Source: Fistulifera solaris
Lineage: Eukaryota
Direction of reading: 5' to 3'
Assembly (NCBI GenBank): GCA_030295235.1
Contig: AP026124.1
Coordinates: forward strand, 1,550,001 to 1,614,000
DNA: 64,000 nt
Position 1 is the first letter of the stretch. The number at the start of each line of letters is the position of its first letter. The notes beneath the pieces are model-generated. The model did no database searches and was not told where the DNA came from. It was given only the letters and a program-made list of their open reading frames with translations. This document shows positions 1-11,700 of this stretch, one piece after another. Both the position numbers and the translations under genes were made by a program.

Positions 1-298
1 GAGCATTGCAATCATCGGCTTATCTCCGTCTCGGGCGGCACTGGTGACCCCGCAAGTACGGAAGGGATTGTATGCGTTAGGTCTCGCGACCGGTACGCAA
101 TTTTCGTTAGGTGTCGCTACACTGCTTCATTATGTTCCCTTGTCGTTGGCGGCAGCGCATCAGCTGGGGAGTATTGCGGTCTTTACGAGCGGTGTTTATT
201 TGGTGCATGCGCTACGATATGCTCGACCAGCCTTGTTGCGAAGTGCAGGTCGCGTTCTACCTCCGCCGCCATCGGCCTTGAAACAAGCCGCGCACTAG
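1..298 (+). CDS. COX15: Heme A synthase (COX15/CtaA), 3' end only
   Basis: Motifs QFSLGVATLL and VPLSLAAAHQLGSIAVFT (conserved heme-ligand His); gene runs off the window's left edge. Confidence 0.85.
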   Translation, partial: SIAIIGLSPSRAALVTPQVRKGLYALGLATGTQFSLGVATLLHYVPLSLAAAHQLGSIAVFTSGVYLVHALRYARPALLRSAGRVLPPPPSALKQAAH

Positions 299-357
299 AG
301 AAAGAATTAAAATAAATCGTTATACTTTAAACGATTTATAGTTCGTAGCTTTTATGT

Positions 358-1170
358 TCAAATATTCAACAAGACACTGCAACATGTCAGCGCCGCATCT
401 TTCTTGGCCAGTTCCGAAGTGTTTACCCATATCAACTCTTGAACATCGCGTTCACGTGCCGCTTGTTCCAAAATGCGCCTTGAATCCGTACAAGATGTAT
501 CTTGTACTAGAACGGATCCATTGACGGCTACTACATTGCACGCTAGAACATCCGGTACACGGACGACGGAGTAATTATACGCATCGAAAGTCGCCCAAAT
601 GGCATCACCGGCTGGACCGGTCGGAACGACCAATGTATCCGGAGCAAAGAGAGTCACGGCTGATTTAAGATGCAATACTTGGTTCCCCGCCATAGTTGGT
701 GGTATGACGATGGATGGTATGGCAGGAAAGGCTTGTTGCAACAATTGAGCACCAATTCGATTCGTGCGATTCGACAATCCAATGAACAAATGACGGCCCG
801 TATACATGACATCCCCACCATCACAATAGGCATCGGGTGTGTTGTTCCGCAGATCTGCCACAACTTGCATTCCCAATTGTTGCAGTGCCTGGTGCACCGA
901 TTCCACTTCTCCGCGCCGTGACGGGTGTCCCGGCTGCAACAAGGCGACTTGTCGATCAATCGCCACGACGGTATCTTCGACAAAGAGCGAATCGGGATAT
1001 TCTGGTAATGCCGGCAATTGCAGTACGGGAATAATAGATCGAAGGGCTTTTATGTAGGATTCGTGTTGTTGTGTTGCGAGTGTCATGTTCAATGACGCAG
1101 AATGATCGTCCGACTGATGTTCGGAAATGCCTTGTGAAAATGTAGAAGGCAAGGCTCGAGCGAGAGCCAT
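358..1170 (-). CDS. DDAH: Dimethylarginine dimethylaminohydrolase (amidinotransferase family)
   Basis: PDSLFVEDT, SRRGE, DGGDV, LHLKS and C-terminal LTCCS motifs; likely start MALARALP at 1170. Confidence 0.9.
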   Translation of the reverse strand: MALARALPSTFSQGISEHQSDDHSASLNMTLATQQHESYIKALRSIIPVLQLPALPEYPDSLFVEDTVVAIDRQVALLQPGHPSRRGEVESVHQALQQLGMQVVADLRNNTPDAYCDGGDVMYTGRHLFIGLSNRTNRIGAQLLQQAFPAIPSIVIPPTMAGNQVLHLKSAVTLFAPDTLVVPTGPAGDAIWATFDAYNYSVVRVPDVLACNVVAVNGSVLVQDTSCTDSRRILEQAARERDVQELIWVNTSELAKKDAALTCCSVLLNI

Positions 1171-1661
1171 GGTATAAAAGCGCCTTTGGAGAAACAAAAG
1201 TCGTGTGTAGCGAGAGAGCATATTACGGCGGATTTGGAATGCGGTTCAATATGTTGATTGTCTTAATATTGCATCGCATTTGCATGGCACCTTATTCATC
1301 CAAAAGATCGCGTGTCCTGTACGGAGTTTTTTTTTTCATGTTTTCGCCGTATCTTCAGTCAACAGGCGTCGTGAGTCGTGAATCACAGTTCGAGGTTCGA
1401 GTGCTTCCCCTCCTTGTCCTCGTCCGTCCGCCGGTGCCGCTTTTCTGTGCGTTTGCTGCTTACCTGCAATTATTTTCTCTCTTGTGGAATTGCTCTGAAA
1501 CATATCTACAAAGAAGACGCTACTAGTTCAAGTAAGGACGGAAAAATCATCTAACTCCGTACTTTGTATAACTAAGAAACGAGTAAACACAATGAGCCAG
1601 CAATACGACGACTAAAATCGGAAGAAGTTTAACAAGCAATCAACAAACAATATTTAAAAGA

Positions 1662-2240
1662 ATGACACCCGAGGACCGCACCGTCCTCTTACAAAATACC
1701 AAAACCATGATGGAACTGGAACGGTCTCTCACGGCCACGTTGGAAAAAGTAGAACCATGGCTTCCCCAAAACTCCCACCGACAATTACCCAATCAACCTC
1801 GTGTTCGACCCATTCCCACGTCCATGGAAGAAGTCGAACGCATACTCGCCGTCGCCCGTGCTTGGGCGACACGGACATCGGCACCCGTGGGATGGAATCC
1901 ATCCGCACCGGTCGTGGGATTTCGGACACCCAATCCGTTACCGCATCAATTGCGGGGAGGGGCCCTGGCAGCCTTGCAATTGGAGCGAGCGCGACAGACG
2001 GAGCGGTTGCGGAAACGAAAGGCCGAGGCGGTGGAGGCCCCCGTGGAGAAAAACGGAACAAGAAGAAGAGGAAGAGAGAGATCCGAAACGTAAAGAAATT
2101 AATCAGCCGAAAAAGATCTTCCTGTGCGTCCGCTGCAGCAGTCTGCCAGAGCTCCCAGTGGAGCAGTGCCAAATCAAAACCAGAAGATGGAGGTATCGAT
2201 GAACCTGAGTGATAGTAGTAGTGATGATGAGGACGATTAG
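1662..2240 (+). CDS. MED4: Mediator subunit 4-like, with two compensating frameshifts
   Basis: ILAVARAWATRTSAPVGWNP...PNPLPHQLRGGAL resembles the Med4 core. The frame shifts at A-runs ~2049-2053 and ~2110-2114, then returns to end MNLSDSSSDDEDD* at 2240. Confidence 0.65.
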
Positions 2241-2710
2241 GAAGCAACGCAAATAAAGATGCTAAGATAACAGTGTTCATCATATAACTTTCAATGCTTC
2301 ACTGTTACGACACAAGAAAATTGCATCGCTCGATTATGCTTGACCAACGGAACGTCCTAAACATATCAAAGGACAAGTTATAAGAGCAATAAATCTTTTC
2401 GCTCGATGCTGTCATCGAAATCAATAAACAAAACGAGCAGAATAAAGGCTATAAATGAAGCAAAGCAAATCGTAGCTAGCATACTTTCTACTATTTAAAA
2501 ACAGGGAATCGAAAGAGTGGAACTGATTGTTTCTTTTCGCGCCTTGTAGGGTAGCTAGGAACTGATTCTCCGTGCGACCGGATATGTCTGCATGGGTTAA
2601 AATATGACCGGTTACTCGATTCTCGGTGCCGTATAATTTGCCGTTGAGAATGCAGAACAAATTCCTTCGCCGCAATGCAGGACAATCACTTGTGATAGGT
2701 CGCCCCAGTG

Positions 2711-3646
2711 CTATCGTAAGGGTGGCTCTTTGCGAGTGTCATCATTCACACTCGATAGTGAAAACTTCTTCACATTGAGCGTCTCATCTGGATCCGATCC
2801 GACTATTTCCATTAATGCTTCTTTCGTGGTCGCTTCCTGTTGTTGGATGAGCTGTATGATACGAGCATCTTGTGCTAGCCGTATGGCTCGTTCTTCATCC
2901 AAAAGAGCTCGAAGTTTCCCAATTTTTTCTAAAATGATTTCGCCCTTTTGTTGATCCAAGTCTTCCATGGTAGCTATTTGATGGGAGGTACGGGCAATTG
3001 CAGCTTGTAAACTGATCCGCTCTTCCAACAATCGTCGCGCCATGCTTCCGACCAGTTCTTCGAATCGATGAAATAAACTCCCTTCTCTCTTGTTCACTTT
3101 GTATAACTCCAACTTTGCATCAGGCTGGATCTGATATTGCAGCTTGGCTAGCAAATCCTCTAACTTTTCGCCCAGCACATCTTTTATCTCCACCTGGACA
3201 CTCTGTGTCATCTTGGTGTCCAAAGCAGATAATCGGCCTTCCAGTCGGATCCACGACGAAGTAGCCGAAAGACAGTCATTATCAGGACCCAGTTGCAGAT
3301 CAACTATGCCAGCTTGTAAAGGCTGGTAGAGATCGTTCGTCAATACGTCTTGCAGCGCATTCTGTCGGTCCATGCATTCTTCCGCCATTCGTGCGAATAG
3401 TCCTGCCACACGCAGCTCCAATTCATGAATGTTCGATTGAAAATCTTCTTTACGACGCAGTGAGATTTCTTGTAGATTGTAAAGCTTCTGTGGAACTTGT
3501 TTCTCTTCACTCAAAAAGACGAAACCAGGGCTTTTCGGTGGGGGTGTCGACAGTGTTGTGTTTTCTTGGTCGTAAGCAACAACCTCATCCGTGCTATGCG
3601 CCGCGGATACGTTTGCCGACTCGGATGCTATGTCTTGAGACGCCAT
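2711..3646 (-). CDS. Coiled-coil protein, possibly SF-assemblin/beta-giardin-like
   Basis: Pro-rich head followed by a long helical rod ending LDEERAIRLAQDARIIQLIQQ; likely start MASQDI. Confidence 0.5.
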   Translation of the reverse strand: MASQDIASESANVSAAHSTDEVVAYDQENTTLSTPPPKSPGFVFLSEEKQVPQKLYNLQEISLRRKEDFQSNIHELELRVAGLFARMAEECMDRQNALQDVLTNDLYQPLQAGIVDLQLGPDNDCLSATSSWIRLEGRLSALDTKMTQSVQVEIKDVLGEKLEDLLAKLQYQIQPDAKLELYKVNKREGSLFHRFEELVGSMARRLLEERISLQAAIARTSHQIATMEDLDQQKGEIILEKIGKLRALLDEERAIRLAQDARIIQLIQQQEATTKEALMEIVGSDPDETLNVKKFSLSSVNDDTRKEPPLR

Positions 3647-4617
3647 TGTGAAAAAGGAATATAGAATGAAATTGCTAGCTTTCAATGATTTTGACGGTAA
3701 CGACTTACGTATTATTTGTGATTTGTTATTTCTTGATTATTGTGCTGCACGCGCGATGTGCGACCATAATTTATTTTTACTAACGCTTCATGACTGCATT
3801 CCAATCGTGGCTACTGCAAACGATTAGCTCAGGAGACAGTGAAACGATTCTTGCTAGCGCCTCTATGACGGAAAAGTTCTACCATTTTATTGGATACGGT
3901 AGTTAGTCTCTCTTTGGCCATCACCGCTTTCTCCGACAAGAATATTAGTGCCATGAAGCGACAAGTGACATCGATTCGACATCACTACTTGTACGTACAA
4001 AGATCGAAAGATGCAACGCTTCGAATATCTACGTAGATTTCACGTAGGTTCCGTAGGGAAAATATTGTAGCTCCCAACAAACTCCAGCTCTATTAAATGC
4101 AATAGAAAAAACAGCACAAACGTTGAAGACGTTCCCTTCTCTTGCATGTATGTCTCACGACTAAAATCCAATTGCTTTTTCGTTTAACAAACAGTTTGGG
4201 ACACAGTGAAACGGTGAAGGTCAGGTTTTGAGAGATTAACAATCGAACTCGTAATCGAATGCATTGTAAGTGTAGCACCGAAGTAACCCCAGCTTAATTC
4301 AAATGCAATGGGATTTCAACTACGAGGCAAGAGGCAAATCCTGTGCAAAAAATCGATTACGTCTCATGACTGAAATTCAGTCGTGGTATGCAACGCAACG
4401 AAGTCCAACCTCGTTTCAACGGTAAATTGTTTTCCGTTGCATTTTCGAACCACGGAAGATTTCAGAACCCGAAGCACGACCTTTTGTCTCGCGCCGCCGC
4501 GAGCTCGATAGGATCGCGACAACACGAGTCACAGAAAGCAAGGAGTCACAAATCCATTGTTGTCAAACAAATCTCTATTTATAATAGCATACACATTACA
4601 AAGTAGACTTTACGACA

Positions 4618-6196
4618 ATGTCAACTCCGGTGGTAGTGCAAGGCACTCCGGTGGCGAATCCGCACGTGCAAGGGGCAGGTTTCGCCACATCGATTACGAC
4701 GACTCCGCAAGCAGGACAGAAGCAGGCAGCCAGATGCAACGATCCCATCTTTGCTCTCCTTTTCTACGTCACCGTCATTGCGATGGTGGCTGTCTCGATC
4801 ATTTATGGTCCAAGTGCGATGGGGTCCGATGAAAATGGCGAAAGCTACGACTACTCCGGCTATGTGACCGCCACCGTAATCGTGGTGTGCCTTAGTTTTC
4901 TCGCCTCCGGTGGAGCCCTCGCTATTATGATGTGCATCCCTGAGACCCTTATCAAGGTTTCCTTGATTTTTGTCGTTGTTTTGGCAGGCCTCTGGATGGT
5001 CATGGCTTTCTTATCGGGACAGATTTTCGCTGGAGTTATGGGTGCGATTTTCTTCGCCATGTCTCTCTGTTACGCCAAGGTTGTTTGGGGTCGCATTCCG
5101 TTTGCTACGGCCAATCTTGTGACTTCCATGACGGCTATCAAGGCCAATCTGGGTGTCACGCTTTACGCGTACCTCTTTACGATCATTGCTGGCGTGTGGT
5201 CTATCGTTTGGTCTGTTTCATTTGTCGGTATCTACAACGAAAGTGAAACCTGCGATGCAACGGGTGAGAACTGTGAGCCGGGCTACGGAATTCTTTTCGT
5301 TCTGTTCGTTGCCTTTTTCTTTGTTCAGCAGGTTTTGAGTGTAAGTTCGTTCGCGTCTTTTACGGGTTGCTAGGTCGTGTGCACTGTTCCTCACAAGGAT
5401 GTCGTACTTGTTAGAGCTGCGTCCATGCTACTGTTGCTGGAACGGTAGGAAATTGGTGGTTCGAACCAGCTGAAGCGAATTCATGCTGCTCTTCTGCGGT
5501 AAACAATTCGTTTCTTAGAACTGTGACGACTTCCTTCGGATCCATCTGCTTTGGATCACTTATTGTTGCCATTTTAGAAGCTCTACGAATGCTGGCACGT
5601 GCTGCACGGGAAAACGATGACGGAAACGGTATTCTCCTTTGTATTGCGGAGTGCATTTTGGGCTGCCTTTCATCTTTGATGGAGTACTTTAACAAGGTGC
5701 GTAACTCATCAGCACATTCAGAAATTGTGTGACCTGGAATGCAACCTTATGTGGTGCCTGACTCTCTTGTTTGTTGCAGTGGGCCTTCATCTATGTGGGC
5801 TTGTACGGCTACTCTTACTTGGAAGCAGGAAAGAATGTTTTTACCCTTTTCCACAACCGCGGTTGGGAAGCGATTATTGCCGACGACTTGGTACAAAACG
5901 TGCTGTTCTTGATGTCGCTAATGACTGGTGGTGTAATGGGAGGTCTTGCATTGATTTTGGACGTATCTACAGACCTTTTCGAAGAGGCTGGCGGAGATTC
6001 CAAAGCAGTGGCCTTCCTGCTGGGATTTATTGTTGGTTTAGCCATTTCGAGTGTTCTCTTGAGTACCGTCGGTAGCGGCGTGAACGCCGTGATTGTATTG
6101 TTTGCCGAAGCCCCGGCCGACTTTGAGCGAAACCATCCTCAGCTCAGTCAACGCATGCGCACAACTTGGAATGAAGTCTACCCTGGTAGTGTCTAA
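4618..6196 (+). CDS. Choline transporter-like (CTL/SLC44/PNS1) protein, 3 exons
   Basis: CNDPIFALLF, TTSFGSICFGSL and YFNK|WAFIYVGLYG motifs; GT-AG introns 5341-5414 and 5697-5779 restore the frame. Confidence 0.9.
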
Positions 6197-6412
6197 GACT
6201 GACCTAAAAATTATAGTGTTTTTAGTTCTTTATGATGTTGTGAGTTCAAGTTCTCGTTTACGCAGTTGGACTACTAGCACAGTTTTAACGTCAATGACGA
6301 TGTGACGTGTATCATTTTGTAAAATTTTATACACCTTGTCTCTTGGGCTTGTCAACGTTCCACTTTCAATAAAGGATTGCAAAGTTTTGGTTGCTCATCT
6401 CATTTTAGTCCA

Positions 6413-7243
6413 ATGCGCAGCATTAATAAAAATTTGGCTGGCCTTTTTCGCTTTGTACTGGTTCTGCTTGGCTCGTGTACGGTACACAGCTTTCAGCCTT
6501 TTCGTATCGCCACCGCCAATCGGCATCACCATTTTTTTCTCAGAACAAGCGCTCGCACAGAAAAGGACGGCCAAGACGATGAAATGTATCTAGAACGAGT
6601 AAATAACCCAGGGAGGAGAAATTTGATCCTCAATGTCGCGACAGCTGGGGCGCTGAGTGCTTCTTGGGCTTCGTTGTGGTACCTTTTCAATCAGAATCTC
6701 TACACCCCTGAGGGGTTTAGTCGATTTCCTACGACACAATTCATTGCAGCGCTTGGTGACCCCAGCTCTAGTGCAGGAACTGGTGCGAAGTATTGGGGAG
6801 TCTGGAGAAAAGATCCTGGTCCTCGAGGTGTCTGGTTGAAAGATTACGGAAGGGAGCTTGAAAGCAACTACAACTTGGCACCGGCAGGATGGAAATTTGA
6901 TCCCCAAGACTGGTGGCTTGAAGAACATGGACTTATTATGGAGGCTCCACAATTTCCCATTCCAGCAGGAAGGTACTTAGTCACTGGCGGTCGTCAGGTT
7001 ACAACTGGTTTGACCATTTCAGAGGACGGAAGTTGGAAACTTGACAAAGGCACTCTATTCGATGTGACTCATTTACCATGTCGATCTGCTCGTTACACCC
7101 CGGTAGCAGAAGGGAAAGGTTCTCCGAAAGATGCCAGGCTAGCCGACTTTCCAGTCAAGCCAGGATCAATCATGCCATCTGTTCCTGGAACGAACAAACA
7201 AGACTATGCTGTCCTGTTTCTATTGGGAAAGGCCATTAGCTAG
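6413..7243 (+). CDS. Hypothetical plastid-targeted, probably thylakoid, protein
   Basis: Signal peptide ending VHS-F, then a transit peptide, then twin-Arg RRNLILNVATAGAL; Trp/Gly/Pro-rich mature domain. Confidence 0.7.
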   Translation: MRSINKNLAGLFRFVLVLLGSCTVHSFQPFRIATANRHHHFFLRTSARTEKDGQDDEMYLERVNNPGRRNLILNVATAGALSASWASLWYLFNQNLYTPEGFSRFPTTQFIAALGDPSSSAGTGAKYWGVWRKDPGPRGVWLKDYGRELESNYNLAPAGWKFDPQDWWLEEHGLIMEAPQFPIPAGRYLVTGGRQVTTGLTISEDGSWKLDKGTLFDVTHLPCRSARYTPVAEGKGSPKDARLADFPVKPGSIMPSVPGTNKQDYAVLFLLGKAIS

Positions 7244-7434
7244 ATTGAAAAAGTTGGCTTTTTGTAGTGTATAAGAAGAAATTGTAATCACAAAACTTAA
7301 CTTTCTACACGTGCATAGGTGGGTCATTTCTAACCGAATGCTTCCGTAGTTATTGTCGAATGCCGCAACTCGATTATTTCAATGCATGTATGGAGCGAAA
7401 GGAGACATACGAGCAGAGTCGCATCACAGCAGAC

Positions 7435-7920
7435 TCAGTCGTAGTCGTCGTTATCAATAACTAGTTCAGCGTTTGGTGGGCCCTCACGTTTAATAGCTTG
7501 TTCATCCAAATTCACTGCGTCTTGCAGCAAGCCATCAGGCTTTATCCGCCTGTACTTAGCGATTTTAGGATGAGAGGAAGAGATGCTTCGTTTCGATGAT
7601 TGCGCAATTTTATTCATTTGGTAAGGATTCGTGTCATTGACATCGACCACGCCTTCAAAGATTCCGTCGAGTATCGAAGAATAATGTTCAGAGCCGTCCA
7701 CCGCCGCTTTTAAATCTGCAAGTGTAATGAGTGTGCCGTCAGTTTGCTTTGCGTTTTTCACCAGATCATGGATGAAAAGTGCAGAAGCAGCTGAAACAAG
7801 TCTTACGACAGGTTCGCGAAGCTGTCCGACCTCTTTCTGGGCCTGCAGAACTCCCTTTATCTTTGGTGGCGGAAAATGATCACACCATGATTCCTTCGCT
7901 GTTGCAGATGATTGAGACAT
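7435..7920 (-). CDS. Histone-fold protein (NC2-alpha/NF-YC/DPB3-like)
   Basis: FPPPKIKGVLQAQKEVGQL...VSAASALFIHDLV matches the H2A-like histone-fold pattern. Confidence 0.7.
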   Translation of the reverse strand: MSQSSATAKESWCDHFPPPKIKGVLQAQKEVGQLREPVVRLVSAASALFIHDLVKNAKQTDGTLITLADLKAAVDGSEHYSSILDGIFEGVVDVNDTNPYQMNKIAQSSKRSISSSHPKIAKYRRIKPDGLLQDAVNLDEQAIKREGPPNAELVIDNDDYD

Positions 7921-8772
7921 GGTAGCTGCTGTCCTTAGATGCAAGCATGGGTCTAAGGGGATGAAGGTTAATTGGCGAGTTTATCAATAGCAACTTGGCG
8001 ACTGGCGACACTGTTGCACGCACACACCCATTAGGCAATAACACCATGGTTGTCTTCAGTTCCATGGTTTCGAAGGTTGGTCTTAGATGTAAAATCGTGA
8101 ACATTGATAAGGTTACCGGTTACACGTATTTTCGCCCAATATCTGTACACCCAACAGTACCTCTAACTTTACATTAGCTCCGAGTCTCTATGTGAACGAA
8201 GCCTAACATTAAACGCTCAGGTGTACTGACTATAGACTTATGTGTACAAGTATTCCGGTATCGGAACAGAGCATGATCATTGTGCAAAATTTCTGCCTGC
8301 ATACTCTTCTTAGGGCGACTCACGCCGGCACAGCCAGTATTGGGCCCATGCAAGTAAGGTTGATAAAAATCTATGCGTATCACTTAGAAAAGAGGTGTGC
8401 TAAATGTTTCTTTTACTCCGGATTTGAAGTTTTTCCCTTAAGTAATTATTTTCAACGGCAATAATCCTACTGAACAACTATTCCATACGTACTGTGCAGG
8501 CGGAGCGCGCAAGCCTGCATGGCTGCAGGGCACACCAGCAAAAACGAATAGCCGCACTGCGACAGCTTTTCAAAAGGTCGCTTCAGTGCCGTTTTTTTTA
8601 TTGTGAAGGCAAGGTACCTACCTGGTATTGATTGTGGATTGTGGTAAAGCTTTCGTCTTTCCTTTATTAAAAAAAATCTACTTTCAGTTCAGGTAAAAGA
8701 TATTGGGTTGTACTCGCTAAACGGATTTTATCAGGGGCAGAAGAATTGCTTCAGAGGTGTCCGTTGATCAAA

Positions 8773-11700
8773 ATGAGATCGCCATATTCTTCCACTTTGG
8801 CGAAAAGCAAAAGCTCAACCCAACAATCCCCCCCACGAAGCAATTTCTCAACGCTCAATAACGAAACTTTGGGGACAACTCATGTTTGGGTGCGAACAGA
8901 TTTAATTGAAGCAATACACAGACACGGTCAGCTGCCGAAAGGGTGGAGGCCACGGAAGAGGTTACGAGACGAGCGCGATGTTTGGGGATGGTGTCGCGCC
9001 CGCGTGACATCAAACGAAAACAGACAAAGCATTGCTCCGAATAATAGCAGCAATGGCAATAGTGTGACTAGTCCTTTCGGTCAAGTTCAGCTGAGAAGAA
9101 CGCAAAAGTCACCACAATGGAAAGCTATGGAAGTACAACCCAGAACTCTTGCAGTAACTCTCACTGTGGACGATCCGGAATTTGCACCACCTGAACTCGA
9201 TAGGGTGTCGGTTTCTTTTGCTTACAATACCGGTGACAACTCTAAAGTTTGCCCTTCAAACACTTGGTGGCAACAAAATGAAAGTCCCCCAGAGGACTTA
9301 ACGAGCCTCGAACAACTACACGAGCCGGCTGTGGTATTTTGCTTGCAAACACGGTACCAAAATGACTATATCTACACATATACGGGAAAAGTTCTTTTGG
9401 CGTTGAATCCATTTCGCGCGATCGAGTCGCTTTATGGCCCTGATGTCATGGCCCGGTACTGGCAGAATGATTACTCCGGTCAAAGACCTCCTCCTCATAT
9501 TTTCGCTATTGCCGAAGACGCTTATCGCTCTATGGTAAATGCAATGCAAATGGCGGATCGTTCACCGAATCAGTCCATTCTGGTATCAGGAGAGAGTGGA
9601 GCTGGAAAAACGGTGACAACAAAAATTATCATGAGGTACCTGGCTACGCTGTCAGAGCAATCGTCTCATCACTCTAGAGGCAACTCTGGGATCGAGTCGC
9701 AAGTGCTCCTTTCCAATCCGATTTTAGAGTCATTCGGTAACGCACGCACCGCGAGGAACGATAATTCTTCCCGCTTTGGGAAATTCATGGAGATTCTTTT
9801 TGAGCCCAGTGGATGCTTGACTTCGGCCAAGATCGAGACGTACCTTCTCGAAAAGGTTCGGTTAATATCTCAAGCACCTGGAGAGCGCAACTATCACATC
9901 TTTTATGAACTTCTCGCTGGGCTATCACAAAACGAGCGCCGCTGCTTTCAGATTGGAAATAAGTCAGCCCGTGATTTCCGAATGACGTCGATTTCTGGGA
10001 CGTACGACCGAAGAGATGGTGTCAGCGATCGAGCCAAATTTCAAGAGTTGAAGCATGCACTTACTACTGTTGGATTTACTGCTACGGATCAAAGTGATCT
10101 GTTTTCTATTTCTTGTGCATTATTGCACGCGTCAAACTTGACCTTTTTGGAGATTGATTCTCATGAGGACTCAAGCGCCCTCGATCGACGAAACGCGTCT
10201 TTTCGAGCAGCAGTAGAGCTGTTAGGCGTAAATGAAAATACTCTTGACAGTGCTCTCTGTCGACACGAAATTCAAGCTCGACATGAAAGATTGTTCAAGA
10301 ATTTGGACACAGCTAGAGCTCAGAAGGCGTTGGAAGCACTAATTAAGGCAACTTATGGTGCTTTGTTCAACCATATTGTACGCCGGATGAACACTTTCAT
10401 AGCTGGAATGCCAGCTAGCAGAGGTGCTTTTATTGGGGTTTTGGATATATTTGGCTTTGAATCTTTCGAGGTAAACTCGTTCGAGCAGCTTTGCATCAAC
10501 TATTGCAATGAGGCACTTCAACAGCAATTCAATCGTTTCGTATTTAAGTTGGAACAGCAAGAGTATCAGAAAGAAGGAATCGATTGGTCGTTTATATCGT
10601 TTCCGGACAATCAAGACATTCTCGACCTCATCGAAAAGAAGCATGGTGGAATTCTATCCATTCTCGATGAGCAAAGTCGTCTCCCTCGTTGCACAGACTC
10701 GACTTTTGCTCAAGCTATATACGAAAAATGCGGCGGAAATGTACGATTCGAGGCGTCAAAGTCCCAGCAAGCGGTGTGCACTTTCTCGATCGATCACTAC
10801 GCAGGCTTGGTGGAATACGATACGATGAACTTTTTGGAGAAAAATAAGGACGAGTTGCCTAAAGAAACGACCGAGTTGCTTTGTACGTCTTCTCACCCGC
10901 TTCTGGCAAGACTGGGTAGAGATCTTGAATCTGAATCAGACGAGCACTCGTCTTCGTCCGTACCGAAAAGTAGGAGCAAAGTTCTTCAACGCTCATCGAG
11001 CTCAATTCTACGAGAAAGCGTCGGGACACAATTTCGCGCTCAGCTTCTTGCGTTAAGATCCCGCATTGAATCCACTAATCCCCATTACGTTCGCTGTCTT
11101 AAACCAAATGACGATCTGGTGCCGCAGAACTTCAACCCTTTGGTTATAGCCGACCAGCTGAGATGCGCGGGTGTTCTGGAAGCTATCAGAGTTTCTCGTA
11201 TCGGGTTCCCACATCGTTTCGCTCACGATCGATTTGTTCAACGGTATCGCTTACTAGCAAATTCTCAAGTGGGGAAAGCTAAGAGAAGAACGAGCATTGA
11301 CTGTGACGAGTTGGTCCAGACTTTGACGCCCCAGGTGCAGAGTCTAGTAGAAGAGGAGGGAAAAGAACAGAGTAATGACGTATTCTACGGCATTCAAATG
11401 GGTAAAACAAAAGTTTTTCTACGACGGCGTGCGTTTGAAGCCCTTGAATACATGAGAGGAAGAAAACTCGAAAATGCTGCGGCAAAAATTCAAGCTATGG
11501 CCCGAATGCATATATCACGGATTGATTTCGAAGTTGCACGTTATGCAGCGATTATTATTCAAAGATTTGTTCGGCAGATTGAGGCCTATCGAAGAGCACA
11601 AGTACTTCGGGTCGACAATGCTGTTCTAACAATGCAACGGGCGTGGCGATGCTATTTTGCCCGGCGAATACTTGTCGCTGGCCTCACGATTGCATGGTGG

